DNA of 64,000 nt from Eledone cirrhosa (lineage: Eukaryota), in the NCBI GenBank assembly GCA_964016885.1, contig OZ024743.1, positions 363,320,001 to 363,384,000 of the forward strand, read 5' to 3'. Positions 26,606 to 41,353 of this stretch are shown one piece after another. The first letter of the stretch is position 1. Each line of letters opens with the position of its first letter. A program made the translations under genes and the position numbers. Under the pieces are notes generated by a model. That model made no database searches and had not been told where the DNA came from. It saw only the letters and a list, made by a program, of their open reading frames with translations.

Positions 26606-28380
26606 ATGGAAGCTAAGAAAAGAAAAGTGGATTTGGAGTGCCGAACTTTTAACGATGGCTGGACACTTAGCTATTTTTTCATTGAGAACTTCGTAAAATG
26701 TGTTTGCTTAATTTGTCAAGAAACCATTGCCGTGAAGAAAGTTTCAAATATTAAACGGCACTATGAAACTCGTCATAATGATTTCAACAGTTTTACTGGA
26801 AAAGCACGAGTAAACGAGAAATAATGTAACAAAGCAATCATCCTTTTTCACTAAAAAAGTTGAAAAAAGTGACCGAAACACTCGTGCTAGCTACGAGGTG
26901 TCAAAACTAATTGCAGAAAGGATGAAACCTTTTACTGATGGAAATTTCTTCAAAGAATTACTGTTGAAGGTAGCAGATGTTGATTGTCTAGAAAAAAGGG
27001 AATTATTTTCTGCAATCAGCTTATCGGCAAGAACAGTAACAAGGCGAATTGAAGAGCTGGCAGCAAATGTCAGAAGTGGCTTGGAGGGCATTTTAAATAA
27101 TCTGGAGTATTATTCCATTGCTATCGATGAAACCACAGATATGAAGGATACTTGTCAACTTGCAGTGTTTGTGAGGGGTGTAACACCAACATTTGATATT
27201 GTGGAAGAATTTGTACAATTGATTCCTATGAAGGACACTAGCATTGGAGCAGATATTTTGGAAAGCATAATAAAATGGATTACCGAAATGAATCTGGATT
27301 TATCAAAGCTTTTTGGGGTAATCACAGATGGAGCACCAGCAATGGTTGGAGAGAAAAATGGGTTTGTTGCATTGCTCCAAAACCACATTGGTATTGATAA
27401 AAAAACTAATCAAACTTCATTGCATTATTTATCAAGAAGCATTATGTGCGAAGTCACTGAATTTTAACGACATCATGGCAGGGGTCGTGAAAACAGTGAA
27501 TTTTATACTGTCAAGAGGACTAAATCACCGCCAGTTTCAAGAATTTCTAAAACAAATTGAAGCAGGGTATGGTGACTTTACATATTTTTCAAATGTTCGA
27601 TGGCTTAGCCGCGGAAAAATGATAGAACGAGTATATGCACTGAGAGAAGAGATTTCTATGTTTTTAGAGAGCAAAGACCAAGATAATTCTTACTTTCAGG
27701 ATCCACAGTGGGTTGTAAAGTTAGCTTTTTTAGTGGAGATCACAACCCACATGAACACTTTGAATCTTGAGCTTCAAGGAAAGAACAAGGTTGTATTTGA
27801 GATGTTTGGTCAAATTACTGCTTTTGAGAGAAAACTTCGACTGTGGGAATCACAACTTCAAAAAGGAAACTACTCTCATTTCCCAAGTCTCCAAAATCAC
27901 AATAGAGATATAATACCGGACATCTTTGTGAGCTCTATTAAGGATTTGAGAAGCGAGTTTTCCTCTCGTTTTGCTGACTTCCGGCAATATGGAACTCTAT
28001 TTAAGTTATTTGGTACTCCTTACGAAACAGATGTGGAGCAAGTGGCAGAAGAATATCAGTTGGAGTTAATTGACTTACAGTGCGACGAATATTTGAAATC
28101 GAAATTTCAGTTCGAATCCACTGCTGACTTCTACAAGAAATATATATTACCAAGCGGAAAATATAAAAACATCTTGACTAATGCGAAACTGATGATATCA
28201 TTATTTGGAAGTATATATGCTTGTGAACAACTTTTTTCCAAAATGAAATATACTAAAAGTCATTTAAGAACAAGGTTGCGTGACCACCACCTGGATGATG
28301 TTTTGCTCCTGTCATCGACAAATATTTCACCTGATGTGGAGAAGTTATCGCACAATAAGCAGAAACAAGTGTCTCATTAA
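26606..28380 (+). pseudogene. hAT transposase, copy 2, two frameshifts (about 26815 and 27400)
   Basis: ORFs 26555-26824, 26898-27467 and 27328-28380 reproduce the copy-1 protein. Confidence 0.9.
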
Positions 28381-28879
28381 ATCATTTACCATTTCTAACT
28401 CTATTTCGTTTGTAGCAAGCAATTTTCTTTTGTTTTTGTAGATTGTGATAGTAGTTGTTTTTCTGTTATTCCTGCAGTAAAATAAGGAATTTGCTTATTT
28501 TTTGTTGAATGTGTTTGTAGTTTTTTTTCTTTTTTTTTGTTATTCCTGCAGTAACATAAAGGGCCTTATTAAAATAAAATTATATTAAATTCCTTGTTTT
28601 GCTTTAAACCTCCAGAAAATTTATTTACATATTTTATAACATGCCCTCCTCCATGACACTGCATAGCTGTTTGGCCCTCTCTCTCCAAAAGGTTGCCGAC
28701 CCTTGTAATAAATCATTTTAAATTTATACAAATTTATTATCATATGTTTCATATGTATGAATTAGGTAAATGGCATTTACTTATTTGTATTATAAAATAT
28801 ATTTTTAATATTGAAGTGATATCTATAGCACTGATATACACGCTTGTCAGTTACTTCTCATCCTGTGCAATGCTGGGTA

Positions 28880-29612
28880 TTTTACCAGCATATATATTTG
28901 GGTTAAGCTGGAATCTGACTACAGATCAGCAAATATAGTGTGTTCTGGCAGACCATCCACTGACTTCGTATTAAGAATTCCTCCTCCACACCTGCTATCA
29001 CGAACGCGTCTGGGATTCTCGTCTCTTCAAAGAGGTGTATCCTCGCGAGGTGCAGAGAATACTTTGCTGATCTCCTAAACCTGATCACAACAGCATCTGA
29101 TGTAGATGAGATGCACCTGGGAGCGGTGACTAATCTCTCGGAGGCTAGGGTCACAAGACCAGTTAAAAAGCTCAAATATGGCAAAGCTACTGGTGAAGAA
29201 GGACTTCTCTGGCTAACTCGTGTGTACCGGGTGGCCTGGATCTCTGGAAAGACACCTAAGCAATGGTATTCGGAAGTGATAATCCCAATTTTCAAAAAGG
29301 AAGACAAGAGAGATTGTTCTTATTATAGAAGGAGCTCTTTGTTAAGCCTCCCCGGCAAAGTCTATGCTAAGTGTTTGGCAAAGAAATGTAGGGAGATTAT
29401 CGACTTCAAGCTAGCTGATGAACAGTGCGGTTTTCGCCCCGCACGCTGCACAGCCGACCAAATATTCACACTGCGGCAGGTCTGCGAGAAATTGCGGCAG
29501 TATTGCCATGAGATATATTCTTGTTTTGTAGACCAGGAAAAGGAATATGACCGCGTTCCTCGGTATCTGCTGTGGAACGTTGTGCAGGAGTATGGGATCG
29601 ATAAGAGGCAGA
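28880..29612 (+). pseudogene. RTE-type LINE RT fragment
   Basis: IIPIFKK.D..DCS.YR..SLLSLPGKVYAK, DEQCGFRP.R.T.DQIFTLRQ, CFVD.EK.YDRVPR. Confidence 0.85.
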
Positions 29613-29830
29613 TCACGGCATTATCTGAGCTTATATGGAGGCTTAAGCAGAATCGAGTACAATACTCTCTCTCTCTTGGTACATGCTCGCAACAGCGTCA
29701 CCATATGTCAGTGGAACTTTTTCGTGGGGTTGTGATTTTTGCACCACCGAAACTACGCATTATTAATAGTAGATCCCGGGTAATTAACAATCGCTCGGAC
29801 CTCTTTAATACGTGTAGGCATAAAATATAA
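29613..29830 (+). pseudogene. PLE GIY-YIG C-terminal fragment
   Basis: TALSELIWRLK...Y and N.RS.LFNTCRH, matching the ends of the PLE ORFs at 46984 and 49996. Confidence 0.65.
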
Positions 29831-30386
29831 CATTTTTCCTTAGATTATATAGTTAGCCTATTCCTTGGATATTAACCTCCACCCCACACTTTAACATAGT
29901 CCCTTAAACTAGAAACCTTCATGTGCGTTATTGTAAAGCTATACAAGCCTCTCTTTCTTTACAATTGTTCAGCCCTCCAACATACACTTGACAGATATAC
30001 TACCTCTCTCAAAATATGTCGATTAATCAAACTTTCTACATATCAATACGTTAGTCGCCTGAATCAATTGACGCCAAAAGATATACACTCACTCTGTGGT
30101 GGATATCGGGACTGTATGATACTTAAAACCAATACATATACAATATAATAAGGTACAATGCACAACCTACCGGTACTAGTATGCTTACATTGTGTACACA
30201 GCAATAGGTTATACAAATCTCCAGCACATTACTTGATATAACCATCACTTACGAATGTCTCGGATTATTGTATATATATTTATACATATACATTACTTTT
30301 ATATATCTGGATATTCTGTAGTGTGTGTATGTGTATATTCTTGTAGTATAAATCCGTGCATCTATGAGTACTCATGCGTGTTGTCT

Positions 30387-30425
<39 letters not shown>

Positions 30426-30884
30426 GCGTACGCGACTTCACATATATTTTATTAAACCTAGAACACACGGTCACCAAAATCCTTACACACACCACCCATC
30501 AACAATATACGCACATTCACCCCAATATACACCACCGGGAAACTAGACAAACTCCAAGGAATTTCAATACGACGTCAGCAGATATTAAAATAAATAAATA
30601 AATTAATTAATCAGACTAATTCTGTAACGTATGTAAACCGGAGTGACTGACCCACTTGTTAATTTGACACCTTAGTCTAGTGACCATCTTCAGAATTTTT
30701 GCAAAGGCAATATCTCCCACATCCTGCTTGTCAACAGAAACAGTTATGTACATCATATGCTTACTTGAAGTGAGACAGCTGCTACCACGTTCCTAACTAC
30801 AGTAGCATGTCAAAGACAAAAACATTACAACTTAATACCTGTCTGATGAAAACACGTCAAATGGTTATGATGAAATCACTTTGA

Positions 30885-31072
30885 GGGCGGTGGATTGGCA
30901 GTATCGGTAGAGGGTCGGACGCCCTGCTTTCCAGCATAGTTACGGCCCTTTACGATCTGAGTTCAAATCCCGCCGAGGTTGACTTTGCCTTTCATCCTTA
31001 CGGGGTCGATAAAATAAAGTACCAGTAATGCACTGGGTAATTGCTGGCCTTGTGCCTAAAGTAGAAACAATT
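30885..31072 (+). mobile_element. SINE S1, full length, young
   Basis: Perfect 15-bp TSD atgaaatcactttga (30870-30884, 31073-31087); A and B boxes present. Confidence 0.93.
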
Positions 31073-31448
31073 ATGAAATCACTTTGATGTACACTTAAAA
31101 TCGTCTCTCTTCTTTATAATATATATATATATATATATGTAAAGCAAGTTGGTTTGTGTGTGTGTTTGTTGAGCGGGATTTACACAAAATCCTGAATATA
31201 TTGATAAAAATTAAAGTATTGACTGAAACCGCATTCTTCAGATCTATATCACTGTGCCTTTCACATTTTATCTCGGAATTTCCGTCACATTTAATCGATT
31301 TTAATCGTTTTTTTCCAATATTTTTTCAACATTTTCTTTCAGATTGAGTGTAAGTAAAATTACCTTTGACATCCCCAAATTAGCATATCGTTAAAAAGGC
31401 TATTGTCTTTGAAGTTTGTATTGTTAAACTTTTGTGAAATGAAGTTCG

Positions 31449-31575
<127 letters not shown>

Positions 31576-31667
31576 GGTAATTCCGAAGGAAAAGCAAAGG
31601 AAAATGGGTGCTCTATGTATAGAACAGAGCTATTTAATTAGAAAATGAACAACACAAAATATAACTA

Positions 31668-31735
31668 CTCCATTACCAAAGGTTTCTGGATCACAGACGA
31701 TAATAATATACGTCTGGATCGGTCGTCAGACAGAG
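31668..31735 (-). ncRNA. Type-I hammerhead motif, intact core
   Basis: CUCUGU-CUGACGA-CC-GAUC-CAGACG...CGUCUG-U-GAUC-CA-GAAA-CC-UUU-GG-UA-AUGGAG. Confidence 0.72.
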
Positions 31736-31982
31736 ATGTTATAGATAAAAGATATGAAATGAGATTTAAAATATGTTAAAAATTGGAAGTGAGGCTGGAA
31801 AAATAATGGGAAATATACATAAGAAAAGAAGGGTAAGAAAAATAATATATAAAAAATAAAAATATATAACAATATAGAAAAAGATATATGTGTACATACA
31901 TATACACACACATACACACATTCAGATAAAAGGAAAAGTATATATATATTTATATATACATACATGTATATATACATACATG

Positions 31983-32078
<96 letters not shown>

Positions 32079-32316
32079 CAAACATACATGTACACGGACA
32101 TACACATATATATATACGCATATATACAGATATACACACACATACACACATAAAAAAACATATACAGACATACATAGAGACATATACACACTCACATATA
32201 TCATATGCACATATATATATATATATATACATATACATGCATATATACATATATATGTATATATGGTACAGACATAAATGTATAGACACTCTAGTCTGCA
32301 AAAATATACATACGCG

Positions 32317-32365
<49 letters not shown>

Positions 32366-32459
32366 ATATATTCGAAATGATACGGAGACGTCATACACAT
32401 AGAGTTATAAATACAATCACATACGCAAAACTACAAATATATACATGCATGTATCGAAG

Positions 32460-32981
32460 GCAATGTCTTCACTGGATCTGGTAAAGGAAACATCGTATTT
32501 ATACCTAGAATACCGCTAATACAAACAGATGTCCCTTTTCCTTTCAAACGATTGCAATTCCTAGTGAGAGTCAGTTACACAATGACCATTAATAAGTCCC
32601 CAGGTCAATCACTGCAGGTTGTCGGTCTCCATCTAGAAGAGGGCTGTTTTTCAAATGATCAACTGTATGTAGGTTGTTCCAGAGTAGGAAGCCCCCACAA
32701 ACTCTTATTATATGCTTTTAAAAAAAAGTTTAAAACATTGTATTTACTGCAGTTCTGTAAATGTTTTATAATTTTCGTAGAATACATTTTTGTATTATTT
32801 TCTTTATTACTTTCTGTATTTAAATATTCTAAAAAAAATGTTTAAAGTTGTTATGCAATATTTAATTACCTTTCAACATCTTTTATTTCAACTGAAATTG
32901 GCATTACGATAGATGCCAATAGGTGCCTTAAAATAGATTTAATCACAGTACAGACCGGGGCGAAGGGCGGAAGGCCGCTAG
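32460..32981 (+). mobile_element. Helitron 3' fragment (helicase C-terminus plus terminus)
   Basis: FIPRIPL..FKRLQFLVRVSY.MTINKS.GQSL.VVG; GC-rich subterminal segment then CTAG (32978-32981) followed by T. Confidence 0.8.
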
Positions 32982-33495
32982 TATATGTATATATATAATA
33001 TAAAAACAATGTTGGATCCGAAGCAATAGTCTATTTGAATACATATAAAAATGAGAAAACTGATCGATAGAACAGCCATTAAAACAGCTATATGCTGTCA
33101 AAGACAGTGATGGGCGAAAATGCCTCAGAGAGGAGAGACCAACGGTCAGTGGTCAACAGAGAGACAATCCACAAGGTGAGTGACAGGTAGATGAAATATA
33201 GAAAAAGATTGAAAGAGGAGGAGAAGGAGAAGTGTGTTGGCGCATAGAAGTGACTGGAAGAAGGAAATACACGTGATGTAGAGACAAGTTTACACACACT
33301 CATCTGCAGCCTCATCAGTTCTCAAACCAGCAAAATGGTTTCGCACGACTTAATTAAGAGTACAGTTTTCAAATGCTGGATAGTGCAACAGAAAAATAAA
33401 TCTATATGGCATGATGTGTGTAAGATAAAACAAACAGTATAGATAAAAGGGCAGATAAAAAGGCCGAAAGAAAATAAATAAAATAAAATAATGGA

Positions 33496-33578
<83 letters not shown>

Positions 33579-33741
33579 AGAAAAAACGATGAAGTTTCCT
33601 TTACATGTATGAGATATTTATTGTGTATCGACCTATTATGCGCTGTCTGTTATGTATTGTAATGTTTACGCCATTTTCATTTTATTTGAAATAAAATAAA
33701 AATGGTGTAAACATTACAATACAATAGAAGGAAACATGATA

Positions 33742-33795
33742 ATAGTACCACTGATGATGTTGCAGATGTGCAACGAAAGAACTTTGTTAGACTAT
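33742..33795 (+). ncRNA. Hammerhead motif with degenerate helices I and III
   Basis: CUGAUGA-U-GUUGCA-GAUG-UGCAAC-GAAA...GUUA-GACUAU; AUAGU/ACUAU pair out of register. Confidence 0.55.
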
Positions 33796-33972
33796 ATATA
33801 TATATTTATATTTGTATTTTTAACCGCTGGTCAGTCAATAATAAACATTGATTGCCAAATAAATTAACCCTGGAGATATAAAAGATACAGAAGCGAAAAC
33901 CAACCAAACAGTGAGCGTGTTCTGTTATTTCTGGCAATATTATTACAACAATATGACCCTCCCCAAGTATAA

Positions 33973-34008
<36 letters not shown>

Positions 34009-34180
34009 TAAAATAACAGATTAAAGTTTAAGCAAAGAATCGCTGCTTTCACCCTTAACGGGATCTTCTGAAACTAACAAAGTCAATCTGTAAACGCAGA
34101 TATATTTGATATATATTTTCCTTATCGAGTCCTCTTTGGATTTTAGTCTTCAATTTTATTATTATTACTATATATATTTA

Positions 34181-34211
<31 letters not shown>

Positions 34212-34571
34212 GTGTGTGTGTGTGTACTAGAGACAGAGAGAGAGACAGACATATATGTGTGTGCTTGTGCATACTCATATTTATTGAAATATGACACATA
34301 GAAAACACACGTTGCATCATAAGCACATACATACACAACAGACAGATACAACCACCGTTTTGTGTGCTGACACAGACAAATACACAGGTGAAATAAATAG
34401 AAGATAAATAGCAACTGTTTAGTCAATTCGAATCAACAGTATTTATCAATTTTGTGGTTATTGTTTGTATTGTTGAATGACTATACAAATATACATACTA
34501 CATACAAATATGTATGCATGTATACTTATTTACATGCATACATACACACATCGCACGCGCGCACGCGCACA

Positions 34572-34620
<49 letters not shown>

Positions 34621-34959
34621 CTATATATATATATATATAATTGCATGTGAAATAAATGTTTATGCTAATTGATGTTAAAACCCAGCTTTGTATAATAGAT
34701 TTAAGGTAAATTTAATGTAGATAAAAATGTTTAATTAGACGCCGACGCTGGGGAAAAGAACAAAGTGTATACAATTTCTACTATCCTCTTGAAGAGAGAT
34801 AGACATAAAAGATCATCTTTATTCATTGCTGATATTTTTGTCTTCTCATCAGAAGATAGCTATGTTTATGATTCTTTTCGCAACATGTCAAACGGTATAG
34901 AATTCTGCTGAAATAGTTTGCAAGTCTAAATTGCATGATGTGCATACGATCATAAATAT

Positions 34960-37545
34960 TTATTATTTAGTTAATGAAGAATGGCATGATGCTGAATGAA
35001 AATAAAAGTAATATATATAAACATACACATACCGACCATAATTAAATATGGAATGAGACGCGATGCCCCCCCCCCAACCACCACCATCACCACCACACAC
35101 ACAGCCCCGGCGGTCAGAATGGAAAAGGCGTTTCGTCGGAGGACGGCAAGAGAAAAGCCACTTCATCTCGCGAGGCTCACACCTGCAGCTGGCCAGCTCA
35201 GCACCTATAGTGGTGAGTAGGGAGGTAGCCCTGGAGCCGAGGACACCGGAAGTCTCCACTGCCAGGGGTACGACCGCAAACCTGTCGGAGAGCGACCGGT
35301 ATTTGAGGAGTTTGGCCTCCTCAGTCCGACGTGCAGCAGAACCCGGGTTAATCGCAGACTGCGCCAGGTTGCGGCTGCAGAAAGTGTCGGTGCAAGTGGC
35401 ATCCCAGACGAGGGGTTTGCCACCGCGGAACGGGAAGATGGTCATGCGATCTGGCCTTTTACCGTCCCCTCGGTCCAGACCCACCGGCTCGGGCAGGAAA
35501 GGGAAGCCTGCAGCGTCCAAGCCATGCTTTGTGACCTCGATGAGGTCAGCATGGCGTGGAAGGCGGCCGGCACTGTGGCGTCAGGAAAGCGGGTGGAGGC
35601 CGAAAGGGTCCACGGTGGATGCGCAGCGAAATTCGTGTGGCTCGCAGATCCGGAGGCCGAGCCTCAAAGAAACGCCAATGCGCAGGCTATTATTGTCTAG
35701 CTGCGTGTCAGTGGAGAAGGAGGGCAGGGCATGGAGCCAGGCACCACTGTGGGGTTTGGCGGCTGCACGAAAACAGGCAAGGCGGTGCTGGTCGAGCTGG
35801 CGCGTGAGCCTGTCTGAGGCCAGGCTGCAATGGATGGCATCCCAAGTGCTTTGAGGGGACTTGACGCCAACAGGGGGAGAAGGAGGAGGGACGTCTACTG
35901 GGCTGAGTCCCAGTCGGTCCCACGTCTCACAAGCGGCCTCACGTTCTCTGAACACAGAGGGTTCTATTGTGTTTTGACGAACCCTTCCGACGAGGACGCG
36001 GCACGAGGTTACCGACGAAAGATACGCCGGCAAAGCCAGTGAGATCGGGGACCGGAGGCCAAGGCCGCCATACCTGACAGGTAAAGTGGCCTGTTGCCAT
36101 CCAATGTCGTCAAACTTGATGTTACATATCTCCTTGGCTGCTTCTCTGATACAAGTATCGTGAGTGTAGCACGGAGCGCTGCGAAGGGTATAGAGGAGCT
36201 TCGGCATTGCAAAGTATTTCCTCAACAGAAAGATGGCTGGGTGGCCATCGATCAAGTCCAGTCGGCTCGTGAGAGTCTGGAGTTGTTGAAGCCTGGACCT
36301 GATGGTGGAGCGGATGGCCGGGGGGTGGATCGGAGACCCAAGGATGAGGACATCCTCTTTGGAGGTTACCTGTACCTGGTGGAGAATGGACCGCACGTCT
36401 GAGACGGAGGCTGCAAAGTTCTCAGGATCGTGGCTGACATTCACCACCTCCGACTTGGCCGAGTTGACCTGGAGGCCGATTCCTGCAAGGGCAGGAACCA
36501 CCGATTGTAGTTCATGGCAGACAGTCTGTACGGGCCCACCCAACGTAGCATCATCCAGATACCAAACATTGAGAGGGGCCGTGATACTCCGGGTGATGTG
36601 GTCGAAACCAAGGGCGAACAGGAAGGGTCCCAAAGGGTCGCCCTGTTCGACCCCAGTGGCCGAAGGTATGACCGTATCAACAGCAAGGAGCATGCTCGGG
36701 GCTCCATACGACAGGTAGGCCAGCGGGTAGGCAGAGGGGGCTCGGCTGGGGCGGGCTTCGAGCAGATGGTCCCGGCGTAAGCAATTGAAGGCATTCCTCA
36801 TGTCAAGCTTGACAATGAGGTGCCTGGAGTCCCTGGATGCCGGTTCCGGTGGGCAGCTGTTGAAGAACTGCCTGGTTGCATGTGCAGCCTCCTCACAGCT
36901 ACCGGACACGCCGACACCCAGTTGCACCGGACTGAACTCCTCGCCCAGTTCGGGTGTTATGGACCTGCAGGCCACCTTGGCAGCCAGCCTCCGGAAGACA
37001 TTGCCCACGACGATAGGGCGTATGCCACCATCTTTCAGCCTGAGAGTGGTCAGGCTAGCCGAAAAAAAGAGGCCACGGGCGTGAGAGTCCAGGGTGCCAT
37101 GGATGAGCCTATTGGTGAGCGTCACAATTGCACCCAGAAGGCGGCGCCCGGCCTCAGCGGAGAGGGGAGATAGGAGCTCGTTGAGGGGGGCCTGGTCGGA
37201 GACCATTAATACCTCCGCTGCTGCTAGCTGGGAAGGACTTGATGGCGGACATGATGTCTGCATCAGAAGCCACAAGGAGCAAGTGGAAGTCGGGTGGAGG
37301 TATGTGTCTGAGGTCAGTGGGTGGCTCAGGGTGCTTGAGTCGCAGGGCAGCCAGAACCTCCTCGGTGGGCTGGAGGACAGTGTCCTCTGAGGCAACCACT
37401 CTCACTGCGGCCGAGACATCACCCATGATTAATTTAGCATTTACGCGGTCGCGCAAATGCTTGGCGCTGGTCTCAGGGGTACCCGATGGTGGGGTGTGTG
37501 GCGTCCCTGGGCACGCTTGGAATGGGCGCTTGCCCAAAGGACGTT
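34960..37545 (-). mobile_element. CRE-like non-LTR retrotransposon (RT plus restriction-like endonuclease), 5'-truncated
   Basis: GGIRPI.VG..FRRL, QLGVG, KLDMRNAFN, GVEQGDPLGP, WYLDD, GGLGL, C..H..C..H knuckle, RPD...WDAT RLE motif; GC-rich relative to the flanks; frameshift near 37270 and TGA at 35581. Confidence 0.88.
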
Positions 37546-37740
37546 GCCAAACATATAAACTTGCGACTGCTGGTGTACTTTGATGCGCAATTAATCACTT
37601 CATCAGCAACCTGAATATTTTTTCTAACCATCATTGGTACTACAAGATCTCTGTAAAACTCAATTCTGTAAAACTCAGTTGCAGTGCTTACATATACGCA
37701 CGCACGCACACACGCACACACACACACACGCACGCGCACG

Positions 37741-37847
<107 letters not shown>

Positions 37848-38606
37848 ACACAACACACACAACACACACAACACACACATAAGTACACACACACAAGCAC
37901 ACTCACACAATTAAAAGCTGAAAATTATTGAATCGTTTCTCGTTGTTGAAATATTTGATGTGGGGAGGCAGTGTGGTAATATATAAGTAAACATTTTCAC
38001 AAACGCACTGAAATTTGATGAGTTAAGAGTACATCAAGATTTGATTGATTGTCGAAGGACAAACGTTAGAAAATATATAAATGTTTGTGGTGATTTTTAT
38101 GTTTCCGGAACCATGCGTAAAAAAATAATTTTGAGGCAAGTCAAGCAGCTCTTGTTATTGATGACATTTTAGTGTTTATGTTTGAATTAATGTGATTACT
38201 TTTTATAAATGTTATGATCATCTTTCAGTATACGGTATATATATTATGTACGAAAAGAAAATCAGGATTCTGCAGTTTCCGTATACGAAATTCAACACAC
38301 AGTGTCAACCCGAGGCTATTGAAGAGTTCACTTGACAAAGGTGTTGCACAGTCTGATCAAATCACCTTTGTCCACGTTTATACATTGTTTCTTAGTTAGT
38401 GACTGGCTTCTTTATTGAGTAAATTTACAGAACTAAAGCAAATGAGTTGTCTGCCTCCCTCCATCTATCTATCTTTCTCTCTCTCTCTATATATATATAT
38501 ATATCTTTCTCTGTCTCTCTTTCTTTCTCTATCAGTCTATCTATCTATCTATCTATACAATTATCTATCTATCTATCAATCTATCTATCTCTCTAACACG
38601 CATGCA

Positions 38607-38697
<91 letters not shown>

Positions 38698-39029
38698 GGG
38701 ATTGTGTGAGATGTGGTGTAGAAAGGTCAGTCGAACAGATATGAGTAGGCTGGTCATCGTGTCAAACGGACGAGAAAGAAACAGGTAAATAATGGTGGAT
38801 ATACAAGAAGCTGGACTTTAATTAAGAAGCGTTAGGGGATGTGGGTCGTACAGTCGTGTGCTGTCGTGTGCCGACTTGTGTTGTCGTGTGTCGTCGTGTG
38901 TTGTCGTATACAATCGTGTAGAGCTTTGCACAGTCGTGTGTAGAATGTACGTAATGACGAGTTGTCAATCTATTATAATACAAAAGCAGCAGCCGCATGC
39001 ACTCATGTCCTAGCTATTATTTATCGTTT

Positions 39030-39625
39030 GCAGTAATGCTGACGATGATGGTGGTGAGAGCGATGAGATATGGTATACATAATGGTGATGATGGTGGAGT
39101 TGGTGGTGATATGGGCGATAACTCATGGTGATAATGATGATGATGTGTAGCTGTTGTGATAGTCGTGCTGTTCATGGTCGTGGTGGTGGTGGTGATGTGG
39201 TGCTAATGATGGTAGTGGTGATAGGTGATTATAATGTTGATGTGATGGTAGTAAATTGGGGGTGGGTAGGTGCATTGGATGGTGGTGGTAGTTGTGATGG
39301 TCATAGTGGCGATGGTGTGAGGTTGTTGTGATGATGGTGGCGAAATGGTAGAGATGGTGAAGGTAAGGAAGAGGTGACGTGTAGAAACAGTCTGATGACG
39401 GTGGTAGTGGTATGTTGTAGAGGTGAGGTGGTGAAATGGTGGTGGATGTGGCAGATGCAGTACTGGTGGTGGTGGTGGTGGTGATGGTGGTGGCGTTCAG
39501 TGGTGGGGTGTTGGCGGTGAGGATGATGGTGGTGGTGACAATAATGATAATAACAGTAGTGATGATGATGATGTTGATAGTGATCCTGGTGGCACTATTA
39601 GTAATAATACTCGTTATTATTGATA
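39030..39625. repeat. Degenerate (GGT/GAT)n microsatellite field
   Basis: Direct reading. Confidence 0.8.
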
Positions 39626-40081
39626 TTGCGTTTGTTTTATTTTTATATATCTAAGACTAGATTTCCAATATGATTTGAGAGTGGTTCAATTATTAATTCG
39701 AGTGACAGCATAAAGGTAACCTCGTTGGCTCGTGGTGTGCAGTTGATGATCCTGATATATCAGTGCTGTTGCCATTTAGCCTAGAGTCAGTCCTGATTGA
39801 GCAAACTTACCTAAAGCATTCTAGCCGTGGCTGTTCCGTCTTCTTCTATTCTATGAGATTGTGTATCTTGGTCCAGATTATAAAGCATCTTGCGCTTATT
39901 TAAGCAGGAGGATATCATTTAAGGAGAATTGAGCTGCTATTTCCAACGGGTTGAGCATATGTTCAATCTGGTAGTTGTGTTTATGGTATTGGAATATGTT
40001 ACATCTCCGACGTTCTAGTTGTTCGAACAATGGGAGAATTTGTTCGAGAAATGAACGTATAAGAGATTGCGCTTTCCATTA

Positions 40082-40298
40082 ACACGTGCACCCTTAACAT
40101 AATTCTCAGGGAGATTCAGCGTGACACTGTGTGACCAGGTTGACCCTTTGAATTATAGGTATAATTCATTTATGCCACCTGAGTTGACTGGAACAATGTG
40201 AAACAAAGTGCTCTCCTGCTCAACGCGCTATCGGGAATCGAACTCACAACCTTACGTTCGTGAGCCGAACACTTTAACCACCACATCACGCACCTTCA
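40082..40298 (-). mobile_element. tRNA-derived SINE (family S3)
   Basis: Minus strand tggttaaagtg...tgagttcgattcccg (A and B boxes); related decayed copy near 58440-58690. Confidence 0.65.
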
Positions 40299-41353
40299 CT
40301 TACATTGGAACACTGTTCCCATAAATAGAACAAAGCTTGTTTTACACATCCACCCATGTCGTGTCAATTATTTATTAGTGAACAGGGGTATGTAATGATG
40401 AAAATATTTTGAAACGTCTTAAATAATAATCAAGAACAGGAAATAACGGGAGTAAAAAAAATAATAAAGAAGGGAGGAATAAATTGTACATCCTTTTATG
40501 GGCTCTACATCTCAACTGCACACCAAGGACAAGATGGCAAAAGCATTGCCGCAATAAGCAACCAGCGGCACACACTACACCAAACATACCACCTCATTGT
40601 AATATGGGTATTCTCCGCATATTTCGAGTACTTATGAGATATCTGAAACAGTGTTTCTATACACATAGCTATCTTGTACCACATTCATTGATTGATTCGT
40701 TCACCAAATGACTATAACCTATAACTCACATTCGATTATATAGATATTAAAATGGCGTCTGGTCCTTTGAACTAACAAATTACATTCCACCATCTCAACA
40801 CCAGCCCATTCAAAACACCAGTAGTTCCTCCTCTTATCATCCTTACTACGTCTTACCTCCATACTTTCAAGTAAATTCTTTGTCTGATCCTTGTCATCTT
40901 GAACTACAGCTCAAGTGCCATAAAATGTTTAAATGTCCATTAAATACAAATATTGTTCTTCCTATTACAATATCACTCATTGATCTTACTTTACAACTGA
41001 CCTGTAAAACTGTGTACTACAAGTACTATCTAATAATACAGTGTTGCATGTGGAACGACACTCCACGCTATACAGCCTTGCCCCTCTCAATGAATTAGGT
41101 TTAAAGCAAAGACCAAAACTTGGACATCGGCAAACATCGTTGATTGTGCCACGTCAATCATATATATGTGCGTGTATATATATATATATGCACATATATA
41201 CATACACATATATACATACACATATATACATACACACTCACACACATACATATATATGCGAATGCCTGGACATTTGATTTATAGGTGCTCTTCATATGAA
41301 CACATACACGCACATATGTTATATCATATACTGTATATATGTATGTATGTATA

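Larger units (their letters stand above)
25546..28705 (+). mobile_element. hAT DNA transposon, Charlie/SPIN-like (copy 2)
   Basis: TIRs caggggtctgcaacc / ggttgccgacccttg; TSD taataaac (25538-25545) / taataaat (28706-28713); nearly colinear with 1085-4058. Confidence 0.93.

Noticed and set aside
30685-30865. CUGAAGA (minus, about 30690) and CUGAUGA-AAACACGUC (plus, 30843)
   Set aside because: No pairable helix II with GAAA; at best heavily deleted remnants.
33280-33325. Minus-strand CUGAUGA...UAAAC-UU-GUC
   Set aside because: GAAA is mutated and helices I and II do not pair convincingly.
35581-35583. TGA at a Cys position of the CRE-like zinc knuckle as selenocysteine
   Set aside because: The related fragment at about 57508 has TGC, and the element carries other lesions.
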